Assembly (NCBI RefSeq): GCF_030645195.1
Contig: NZ_JAUSLW010000111.1
Span: forward strand, 1,885-65,884
DNA from: Phenylobacterium sp.
Lineage (GTDB): Bacteria > Pseudomonadota > Alphaproteobacteria > Caulobacterales > Caulobacteraceae
Length of the DNA: 64,000 bases
Direction of reading: 5' to 3'
The position numbers and the translations under genes are program-made. Below the pieces are notes generated by a model that made no database searches, was not told the origin of the DNA, and saw only the letters and a list, made by a program, of their open reading frames with translations. Shown here in pieces: positions 1 through 9,941 of this stretch (position 1 is its first letter; the number at the start of each line of letters is the position of its first letter).

Positions 1-307
1 CGGCCTGAAGCGGGGCGGCCGCGGCCTCGATCCGTCCGTGACCATCGCCGTCTCGCCCGAAGAGGCCGAGGACCTGGCCGCCTGGCGTCAGGCCGGCGCG
101 CTGGTGGTCGTCCTGGCCAGCGCCACCAGCCCCCGCTCGATCCACCAGGGGGATCTTCGCCAGCTCTGGGACACCGAAGCGGTTCCCGAAGAGGACTCGG
201 CGAGCGCGCAATCGTCCACCTACGGCGTGGCCCGCGCAGCGCCGGCGCCCACCCGCAGCGTGTCGGTGGTCACCCCTTCGGGCGTCCAGAAACAGGACCT
301 CAAATGA
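1..307 (+). CDS. cpaB: Flp pilus assembly protein CpaB/RcpC-like, C-terminal part (runs off the left edge)
   Basis: Frame is open from position 2. VTIAVSPEEAEDLAA..GALVVVL resembles the CpaB C-terminal strand-helix-strand. Stop overlaps the secretin start. Confidence 0.6.
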   Translation, partial: GLKRGGRGLDPSVTIAVSPEEAEDLAAWRQAGALVVVLASATSPRSIHQGDLRQLWDTEAVPEEDSASAQSSTYGVARAAPAPTRSVSVVTPSGVQKQDLK

Positions 308-1542
308 TTCGGCGCCTTGTGCTGGCCGCCGTCGTCTGGGTGCTGGCCTCGCCCGCCCTGGCCCAGGTCCGCACCACGATCACGGAGGGCGGGTTCCTCG
401 TCCTCACCCCCTCCAGCGATGTCAGCTCGGTGGTCATGTCCAACGACAGCACCCTGAAGGTGGATGTCCGAGGCGCGCGACGGATCGTGCTGTTCGGGGT
501 CAAGGAGGGCATCGCCGAGGTGATGCTGATGAATGGCGCCAACCAACAGATCGAGCGGCGCACCGTCGAGGTTACGGCCGACACCGCCAACCTCGCAGCC
601 CTGATCGCGCGCACCGCCCAGGTGCCGAACCTGACGGTGTCGAAGTCGGCCGGCGTGGCCGTGCTGACCGGCGACGCGCCCAACGCCGCCACCGTTGTCC
701 TGGCCGGGGACATCGCCGCCGGCGCCCTGCCGGGCGTCAAGATCATCAACCTGATCCATAGCGCCACCAACGATCAGCTGGCCGTCTCGGTCCGGGTCCT
801 GGAGGTTCGTCGCAACAAGGTCAGGGAGCTCGGCATCCGCTGGCAGGCGCAGAACCGCTTCAACGGCGGGACCGGGGCCATCGGTAACCTGTTCGCCAGC
901 GCCATCGGCACGGCCACCACCACCGACCTGTTCGCCTCGGCCAAGTTCACCATCGACCGGTTGGTCCTGGATACATTCCTGAACTACCTGCGCTCCGAGG
1001 GCGCGGCCACCATGCTGGCGGAGCCGACCATCGTCGCCACCAGCGGCCAGAAGGCCCGTTTCCTGGCCGGCGGCGAGCTCCCGGTTCCCAGTCCCCAGAC
1101 CAACGGCGTCACCAACAATGCGGTGGGCTACACCTACAAGCCCTATGGGGTGACCCTGGAGTTCACCGCCCTCATCCTCGACAACGAGTCGGTCCGGCTG
1201 CAACTGGCTCCGGAAGTCAGCCAGGTGGACACGTCCAATATCGTCGAGTTCAACGGCGCCAAGGTGCCGGGCCTGATCACCCGTAAGACCGACACCACGG
1301 TGACCCTGAAGTTCGGTGAGAGCGTGGCCATCGCGGGCCTGCGTTCGGCGGAGTCGCAGCGTAACAAGCAAGGCCTGCCGTTCCCGACGCCCTTCGACAT
1401 CGGCGACAAGCTGGCCGGCTCGCGCGACTCCCGCAACAGCGACACCGAGCTGGTGCTCATCGTCACCCCCGAACGGGTGGAGGACGCGTCCAAGCACATG
1501 CCCTCGCCGGCCGTCGAGGCGAACCTGTCGCCCTTAAAATGA
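304..1542 (+). CDS. cpaC: Tad/Flp pilus secretin (CpaC/RcpA family)
   Basis: Signal peptide; secretin motifs LAEPTIVATSGQKARFLAGGELPVP, YKPYGVTLEFT, ELVLIVTP. Confidence 0.9.
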   Translation: MIRRLVLAAVVWVLASPALAQVRTTITEGGFLVLTPSSDVSSVVMSNDSTLKVDVRGARRIVLFGVKEGIAEVMLMNGANQQIERRTVEVTADTANLAALIARTAQVPNLTVSKSAGVAVLTGDAPNAATVVLAGDIAAGALPGVKIINLIHSATNDQLAVSVRVLEVRRNKVRELGIRWQAQNRFNGGTGAIGNLFASAIGTATTTDLFASAKFTIDRLVLDTFLNYLRSEGAATMLAEPTIVATSGQKARFLAGGELPVPSPQTNGVTNNAVGYTYKPYGVTLEFTALILDNESVRLQLAPEVSQVDTSNIVEFNGAKVPGLITRKTDTTVTLKFGESVAIAGLRSAESQRNKQGLPFPTPFDIGDKLAGSRDSRNSDTELVLIVTPERVEDASKHMPSPAVEANLSPLK

Positions 1543-2633
1543 GCAGCCTTCTGGATCGCCGCCAGATCATATCGGCTCTCGTCGACGAAGCCGCGCGCGC
1601 CTATCCCACCGCCCGGGTCGGGGCGCTAGCTGTCGAGCCGGAGACCCTGCGCGACTTCTTCCTGGGTCTGCTGGCTCGGGGGCCCAATGTTCCGGGGCTG
1701 GACGCCGAGGAGCTGGCCCAGACTGCGGTCGATGAGGTCCTCGGCTATGGTCCCATCCAGCCGCTGATGACCGATCCCGGGGTCACCGACATCCTGATCA
1801 ATGGCTGGAATGCGATCGTCTATGAGAAGGGCGGACGGCTCACGCCCTTTGACGGCGGCTTCTTCGGTCCGGAGCATCTGGTGGCCTTCGTCCATCGCCA
1901 TGTGGCCAGGGCCGAACGGGCGATCAATCGCGCCAATCCCTGGGTCGATGTCGAGCTGCCTGATGGCTCGCGGATGCACGCGGTCGCCCCGCCGGTGGCC
2001 ATGGGCGGTCCCTTCGTCTCGATCCGCCGTTTCCCGCAGCGTCCCTACACCCTGGCGGACCTGGAGCGCATGGGCGGCGTCACCGCCGAGCAGCGCCAAT
2101 GGCTGGAGGCGGCCGTCGACAGCCGGCTGAACGTGATCGTCGCCGGCGCGCCTGGGGTGGGCAAGACCACGCTGCTGGGCGCCATGCTCGGCCGTGTGCC
2201 GGCCGACCAGCGGATCGTGCTGGTGGAGGATGTCAGCGAGCTGAAGGTCGACCATCCCCACTGCATCAAGCTGCAGACCCGTCGGATCGATCATGGCGAC
2301 GGCGAACAGGCCAACATCCGCAAGCTGGTGCGCGAGACCCTGCGGATGCGGCCCGACCGCCTGGTGGTGGGGGAGGTGCGCGGCGAAGAGGTGTTCGACA
2401 TGATCGCGGCCATGTCCATCGGCCTGGCGGGCTCCCTGAGCACCCTGCACGCCGGATCGATCACCGGGGCGATTCACCGGCTGGAGTCGCTCTACGCCTC
2501 GGCGACCTCGGGGCAGTCAGGGGTCAATCCGGGCCAGGCCCTGCGCGACGCCGTTGACGCCATCGTCTTCCTGCAACGCGACAGCTCGGGCCGGCGGCTG
2601 GTCTCGGAGATCCACAGGTTGGAACGCGTCTAG
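1539..2633 (+). CDS. cpaF: Tad pilus assembly ATPase CpaF/TadA
   Basis: Walker A GAPGVGKT, LRMRPDRLVVGEVRG, STLHA; ATGA overlap with the secretin. Confidence 0.93.
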   Translation: MSSLLDRRQIISALVDEAARAYPTARVGALAVEPETLRDFFLGLLARGPNVPGLDAEELAQTAVDEVLGYGPIQPLMTDPGVTDILINGWNAIVYEKGGRLTPFDGGFFGPEHLVAFVHRHVARAERAINRANPWVDVELPDGSRMHAVAPPVAMGGPFVSIRRFPQRPYTLADLERMGGVTAEQRQWLEAAVDSRLNVIVAGAPGVGKTTLLGAMLGRVPADQRIVLVEDVSELKVDHPHCIKLQTRRIDHGDGEQANIRKLVRETLRMRPDRLVVGEVRGEEVFDMIAAMSIGLAGSLSTLHAGSITGAIHRLESLYASATSGQSGVNPGQALRDAVDAIVFLQRDSSGRRLVSEIHRLERV

Positions 2634-3325
2634 TGTCCTGGCTGCGCTCCCTGCCCGGGCCCGCCCTGATGGCCGGAGTGGTGGCCCTGGGCGCCACGGC
2701 CTGGTGGGCCAAGAGCCTGCCGATGGGGCTGGCGGTCGGGCTCGGCGTCCTGATTCTGGTGGTGCAACTGCTGCGCGGGCGGCAGGCCACTCAGTTGGCG
2801 GCCGAGCGCGCCGCGGTCTCGCGCCTACTGGAGCAGGTCAGCCCGATGTCACGGGCCGGGATGCCCCTGCTGGCCGCCATGGCGGCCTGTTCGCAGGGGT
2901 CGTCGCACCCCGGTCCCCAGGCCCTGGCGCTGGCCCTGCAGGGCCTCTCGGCCGGCCAGCCGGCGGAGACGGCCGCGCGGGGCGTGGAGGCCTGGCCCCT
3001 GTCGAACCTCACCTATCGCCTGTGCCTGGTGCATCGCGAGCAGGGCGGGGCGCCGGAGGGTTTTCTCAAGGCCTTCAGAGACGCCCTGGGCATGGCCGAG
3101 GACCTGGCCAAGAAGCGCAACCTGGCCCTGATCCAGATCCGCTGGCAGGCCAATATCATGACCGCCTTCTTCTTCCTGGTGCTGCTGGCGTCGGCCGCGC
3201 GCGCCGGGCCGCTGTTCGCCAGTCTGCTGGCCACCGATGAGGGGCGCCTCATGGTGACGCTCTCCGCGGCCCTGGTGATCTGGGGGCGGGTGAGCCTGAA
3301 CCTGATCTCTGAGGCCATGCAATGA
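2633..3325 (+). CDS. tadB: TadB-like inner-membrane platform protein (divergent)
   Basis: N- and C-terminal TM segments, T2SS-F-like central helices; follows tadA. Confidence 0.7.
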   Translation: MSWLRSLPGPALMAGVVALGATAWWAKSLPMGLAVGLGVLILVVQLLRGRQATQLAAERAAVSRLLEQVSPMSRAGMPLLAAMAACSQGSSHPGPQALALALQGLSAGQPAETAARGVEAWPLSNLTYRLCLVHREQGGAPEGFLKAFRDALGMAEDLAKKRNLALIQIRWQANIMTAFFFLVLLASAARAGPLFASLLATDEGRLMVTLSAALVIWGRVSLNLISEAMQ

Positions 3326-3807
3326 GCCTGCTCGATCGCCTGCGTAAGACCGCTGCTCTGGAGGACGAAGCCTGCGAGCTGGTGGCGGTCGCGACCCTGG
3401 CCGCAGCCGAGGCCGGCTCGCCGCCGGCCAGCGCCCTGGCCCTGGCCCTGGATGTCACCACCGTCCGGTTCGGGCCCATCATCGAGGCGCTCCGCGTGGT
3501 GGAGCGGCGGCTCCGGTTCAGCCTGGACGGCGGGGCGGTGGCGCAGACTCTGGTCGGGCAAGGCCCGGGCGCGGCCCTGGTGACCGAGGTCGCCGAGGCC
3601 GAGCGCAACGGAGACGACTTGCGCGAGCGCATGCAGATCTTCCTGAAGAACAGTTTCGAGCGTCGGGAATACGAGCTGCGCCAGCGCATCGAGGTGTTCC
3701 CGGTCTACATGATCGTCGTCCTGGTGCTGTTCTTCATGCCGGCGATCCTGATCGTCCTGGTGGGACCTTCGTTCTTCGCCCTGCTGCGGGCGCTCTACGA
3801 GGTCTGA
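3322..3807 (+). CDS. tadC: TadC-like platform protein, unusually short (161 aa)
   Basis: C-terminal FPVYMIVVLVLFFMPAILIVLVGP is typical of TadC; position after tadB. Confidence 0.65.
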   Translation: MSLLDRLRKTAALEDEACELVAVATLAAAEAGSPPASALALALDVTTVRFGPIIEALRVVERRLRFSLDGGAVAQTLVGQGPGAALVTEVAEAERNGDDLRERMQIFLKNSFERREYELRQRIEVFPVYMIVVLVLFFMPAILIVLVGPSFFALLRALYEV

Positions 3808-3809
3808 CC

Positions 3810-3828
3810 GGCGCTCAATCTGAGCGCC
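3810..3828 (+). terminator. Hairpin after tadC (no U-tract)
   Basis: GGCGCTCA-ATC-TGAGCGCC, 8-bp perfect stem just after the tadC stop. Confidence 0.3.
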
Positions 3829-3912
3829 CGTAGCGTGGAGATCACCGGGCTTACAAATTATGGTGAAACTGCTGTGGTGCGACGCGCGCCCAGTCGCGAT
3901 TTGGGGGGCGAA

Positions 3913-4194
3913 ATGAAACCAGTTGTACGCGCGATGGTATTGGCCTCGGCGCTGATGTTCACGACAGCGACGATCGTGCCGATAGCCACGCCGGCCGAAG
4001 CCAAGGTTGTCGGCAAGGTCTTGCACAAGACTAAGAAGCCGCCGATCAAGAAGGCGCTCTCGAAGAAAAAGGGCCTCGCCAAGAAGAAATTGTCCAAGAA
4101 AAAGGGCGTCGGCAAGAAGGCCCTGACCAAGAAGAAGGGCGTGGCGAAGAAGAAGTTGACCAAAAAGGTCCGTCCGATCGTCAAGAAGCCTTAG
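3913..4194 (+). CDS. Secreted lysine-rich repeat peptide (93 aa; mature part about 63 aa with 28 Lys)
   Basis: ATG at 3913, Sec-type signal ending AEA, four 11-aa KKxL(S/T)KK repeats, Lys codons mostly AAG as expected for a real gene. Confidence 0.7.
   Translation: MKPVVRAMVLASALMFTTATIVPIATPAEAKVVGKVLHKTKKPPIKKALSKKKGLAKKKLSKKKGVGKKALTKKKGVAKKKLTKKVRPIVKKP
4048..4179 (+). repeat. Four degenerate 33-bp tandem units encoding the Lys repeats
   Basis: Units begin at 4048, 4081, 4114 and 4147, each starting AAGAAG. Confidence 0.8.
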
Positions 4195-4211
4195 GTCCCT
4201 GGGTCGCCCGC

Positions 4212-4445
4212 ATGCGAACCCTGTTTACCGGACTGCTGAAGGACAATCGTGGCCTGGCCTCGGTCGAGGCCACGATTGTCCTGGCGACCTTGGGTGTGGC
4301 CTTGATCGCTGGCGGCTATGCCGCCGGCCCTGCGATCAAGGCCTACGCCGAGCGGCTCAGCGGCCTGGTGGTGGAGGCGCGATGCCTGTCCGCCGCCGAG
4401 GCCGGCCAACCGCTTCCGGAATCCTGCCCGGCGGGGCCCGGCTAG
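4212..4445 (+). CDS. Flp/TadE-like prepilin
   Basis: LLKDNRG|LASVE followed by a hydrophobic helix: type IVb cleavage site with Glu at +5. Confidence 0.7.
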   Translation: MRTLFTGLLKDNRGLASVEATIVLATLGVALIAGGYAAGPAIKAYAERLSGLVVEARCLSAAEAGQPLPESCPAGPG

Positions 4446-4634
4446 ATGCTGGGGATCCAGATCCTGCTGATCTCGTTCATGGGGTTCCTGGCGGGACTGG
4501 AGGCCTCGGCGCCCGGCGCCGTCGGCGCGGTCCTGACCGCCACCGCCCAGGTGTCGATGGCCGTCCAGGACGGCACGTATCAGAAACTCCACAACCATGT
4601 CGAGTTGTTGAGGGACAGCCCAGGCCCTGTTTAA
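4446..4634 (+). CDS. Small hydrophobic hypothetical protein (62 aa)
   Basis: ATG directly after the prepilin TAG; hydrophobic N-terminus. Confidence 0.4.
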   Translation: MLGIQILLISFMGFLAGLEASAPGAVGAVLTATAQVSMAVQDGTYQKLHNHVELLRDSPGPV

Positions 4635-4691
4635 GCAATTTTAGGTCGAGTTGAATTCGGCTGGTGGTTATCAGTTACACATAATGAGTAA

Positions 4692-5204
4692 GTGAGGCGC
4701 ACGATCGACTTGTGGGCTGACCCCTCCTGTGGCGCTTTGCCTCCCGAGAGCACCGTTCGGGGGGACGTCGTTATTTCGATCAGCAGTGTCGTGAAACTGG
4801 TTTCGGAGCCTGAGGCGCGCCCGTCGCCCGGGGTGGAGACCATCGGTCAGCGCCTGCGTATCTCCACGCGGATGTTCGGCTTTTTCGTCATGCTTCGGAA
4901 GAAGAAGGGCCTGGATGTGGCTGCCTTCCAGATCATGTCGGCCTTCAATCTCGCCGGCCTGGCCGAGCAGCAACGAGCCTATGGGGCCGGCGCGGCGTTT
5001 GGTGGCGCGCCCTTCGGCGCGGCCCTGTCGGCCACGGCGCTCTCGGACATGACCGGGATTCCGCGCCAGACCGTGCGGCGGCGGCTGCAGACGCTGCAGG
5101 GGCTAGGATACCTGACCGTCGAGACCGACGGCTCCTATCGCATGAGCGCGCACTGGAGCGAGCTGGACATCGTCGACGAGGTCGGCGGCCTCATCGCCCG
5201 CTGA
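4692..5204 (+). CDS. Winged helix-turn-helix DNA-binding protein
   Basis: C-terminal LSATALSDMTGIPRQTVRRRLQTLQGLGYL HTH plus wing. Confidence 0.7.
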   Translation: MRRTIDLWADPSCGALPPESTVRGDVVISISSVVKLVSEPEARPSPGVETIGQRLRISTRMFGFFVMLRKKKGLDVAAFQIMSAFNLAGLAEQQRAYGAGAAFGGAPFGAALSATALSDMTGIPRQTVRRRLQTLQGLGYLTVETDGSYRMSAHWSELDIVDEVGGLIAR

Positions 5205-5465
5205 ATCTCGGGCTCCGCCCGCGGCAGGCCGACGGAGTTGGTCGCGCCCACTGCTGGCTGTCACGAGACCCGACCAATGGCGCTCCAGGGGCGCACAAGG
5301 TTTACGATCTGTTTCTTAGGTCGAGCGCCCTCATACTTGTGAAACCACGTCCATTCTCCAGCCTTTAGGGTCGAGGGCGTTACTTGAACGACAACGGCAG
5401 TTGTTCAGGCTAGGTACGTGTTCAACAAAATCTTTAGTCTTGAGCCGGGGTCCTCCGCCTGGGCC

Positions 5466-5627
5466 ATGGTCACCCGCTCCGTCCGCGCCCTGATCGCCGA
5501 CCGGGGCGGCCTCAGCACCGTGGAATACTCCACCATGGGCGGGGTGATGTCGGGCGCCATCTACATGGCCGGACAGGCGCTCCAGCAGGCCCAGCTCTCG
5601 GCCATCGAAAGCCTAACCGGGCCATAG
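5466..5627 (+). CDS. flp: Flp family type IVb pilin (alternative GTG start at 5418)
   Basis: LIADRGG|LSTVEY, the Flp motif with E+5 and Y+6, then a hydrophobic helix. Confidence 0.75.
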   Translation: MVTRSVRALIADRGGLSTVEYSTMGGVMSGAIYMAGQALQQAQLSAIESLTGP

Positions 5628-6320
5628 CGAGCTGATCGCGTTGACCGTGCCGTCACCTCTGCGGATCGCATCCTACGGTCAGCATGGCGCGCGTCATGTG
5701 GGTCGCTCCTCAGAACTGGCAAGGGGCCGACCACTAGCGTCGCGAAATCCGTTGTCCGGGAGCTGTTCCAGGACAAAACCAATGTAGCTGCTCGACATTG
5801 AGGCCGCGCGCTGGCCAGAGCACGTAACTGACCCGTCATGCCGCTGGGGATGGCCAATAGCGCCTACCTCGCCCTGGGAAAATGTCGCCCGGAAGCCATA
5901 CTGCGCCTTGAAGCGGCGCGGAGGGGAGGTCGCCGCCCAGGTTCCGGAAGGCGCAAATGCCTCCTGCGCGATGCATGACTTGCCTGATCCCACATCATCT
6001 GCGCCATCGCCGAGATGAGCCGGTTCCAGGCTGCGCAGGGCTCGGGACCAGCGGCGCCTCCAATTGAGGGACCTGAGGCGTGTGCCCGCCTGCAGAATAT
6101 TTTCAGATCAGCGTCTGAATTTCTCGAAGCAAATGCCCCTGCTGAAATGTCCACCTGCGTGACTTTGGGCGGATCGCCCTCAAAAATACTCAAGCTTCAC
6201 TGCTGAAGCGTCACAATGGAATTGCGAACTTCGTGACATTAATGCGACCTTAATTGGCCCCCGGAGGGCTTAGAAGCCCCCCAACTGTTCGACTCGTCTG
6301 AATGAACTTGGGGTTTTCTA

Positions 6321-8753
<2,433 letters not shown>

Positions 8754-8776
8754 CCGACAGCCACGGCTGAGCGAAC

Positions 8777-8810
8777 AAGAGGACGCGGAGTCTTGCGCCG
8801 CGTCCTCTTT
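8777..8810 (+). terminator. Intrinsic terminator after the TonB receptor
   Basis: 12-bp perfect stem AAGAGGACGCGG / CCGCGTCCTCTT ending in a short T run. Confidence 0.7.
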
Positions 8811-8894
8811 CGATTCTGGGACCAGTTCGCAGCGGACCCAAGCCAACTTCATTCGGCGTCCCGGCCGGCGAGTTCCGGCGCCATTTGCGTTCGC

Positions 8895-8923
8895 TTGTAA
8901 TGTCCGGCAATTTTCCGTACATA
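8895..8923 (+). promoter_or_regulatory. Sigma70-like promoter of the TA pair with an operator palindrome in the spacer
   Basis: TTGTAA-N17-TACATA; inverted repeat ATGTCCGG-N7-CCGTACAT (7/8) at 8900-8922. Confidence 0.55.
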
Positions 8924-8947
8924 AAGCGTGGAAAGGCAGGCTTCGTG

Positions 8948-9238
8948 ATGGCGATCACATCGAGCAACCGGACGTCCCGCATTGAGGCGAGAATTGCGCC
9001 CGAGGTGCTGGCTGCGGTCAAACGCGCCGCTGAGATTCAGGGGCGGAGCATAAGTGATTTCGTGGTCGCCGCCGCCCAGGACGCGGCGGAGCGCACGATC
9101 GCCGAAACCCAGATCATTCGTCTCTCCCTGGAAGATCAGGAGCGCGTCGCCGACCTGCTGCTCAATCGGCCGGCGCCATCGCCGGCGCTCGACCGGGCCT
9201 TTGAAGCGCATCGCGAGCTGATCCGCGAAAGCAAATGA
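8948..9238 (+). CDS. DUF1778 ribbon-helix-helix antitoxin (TacA/AtaR-like)
   Basis: RIEARI..AAEIQGRSISDFVV..A..TI..IRLSLEDQ..LL.RPAPSPAL; overlaps the toxin start. Confidence 0.9.
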   Translation: MAITSSNRTSRIEARIAPEVLAAVKRAAEIQGRSISDFVVAAAQDAAERTIAETQIIRLSLEDQERVADLLLNRPAPSPALDRAFEAHRELIRESK

Positions 9239-9705
9239 GCCGATACGTTGTCGAGCCCCTGGCCGGGCATGACCGCGCGACCTTCTCAAGCGGCTCGGAG
9301 AGCCTTGACCGCCATTTTTATCAGCAGGTCACCCAGGACGTTCGCCGGCGCATCGCCAGCTGCTTCGTCGCCGTGAGCGATGATGGCGAGCTGGCAGGTT
9401 TCTACACCCTGGCCGCGACGTCGCTGGCGTTCGACCGGCTCTCGGCGGAACGCGCCAGCAGGCTTCCACGCTATCCCGTCGTGCCCGGCATACTGCTGGG
9501 CCGCCTCGCGGTGGCCAAGGCTCACCAGGGCAGGCGATTGGGTGGGGCGTTGGTCGCCGACGCCCTCCTGAGATCGGCGCGCACCGAGATCGTCGGACAC
9601 ATTCTGGTCGTTGACGCCATCGATGACGCGGCGGCGCGCTTCTATCAGCATCTGGGCTTTGAGCCTCTGGCAGATGATCGCCACCGGCTGATCCGGCCGA
9701 TTTAG
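9235..9705 (+). CDS. GNAT acetyltransferase toxin (TacT/AtaT-like)
   Basis: HDRATFSSG..LD, GFYTL, LLGRLAV..HQGRRLG acetyl-CoA loop, VDAID..AARFY. Confidence 0.9.
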   Translation: MSRYVVEPLAGHDRATFSSGSESLDRHFYQQVTQDVRRRIASCFVAVSDDGELAGFYTLAATSLAFDRLSAERASRLPRYPVVPGILLGRLAVAKAHQGRRLGGALVADALLRSARTEIVGHILVVDAIDDAAARFYQHLGFEPLADDRHRLIRPI

Positions 9706-9941
9706 ACACAATGGCGCCTTCGTCGGCAGACCAGCGGTTAGCTTCGCGCGACGAAAATTATCATATTATATAGATCCAATACGCCGGCCTTTTGCGGCTG
9801 ACCCTGCGTAACATACGGCTTAACAACAGATTTCGGCGCGGGGTTTGCTTTGCGGCCCTCGCCATTTAGGATTTGGTTCATTAGGGATCGGCCCCACATT
9901 GGGGCGCGTCAGCGCCTGGGGCCGGCTGGGGAGTTTTTGCT

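Noticed and set aside
4630-4644. TTTA-N7-TTAG as a CtrA box near the pilin genes
   Set aside because: Both half-sites deviate from TTAA; too weak to call without footprinting.
5951-5964. GCGCAAATGCCTCC resembles part of a c-di-GMP-I riboswitch
   Set aside because: No upstream GGCAAACC and no supporting stems.
6276-6288. GCCCCCCAACTGT upstream of the TonB receptor resembles part of a cobalamin riboswitch
   Set aside because: The upstream GGGAA..GGTG..AATCC core and the downstream B12 box are missing, and the start codon is only about 30 nt away.
8877-9718. 9-bp inverted repeat (GGCGCCATT / AATGGCGCC) flanking the GNAT TA pair
   Set aside because: It is short and GC-rich with no target duplication or transposase, so it is compatible with chance.
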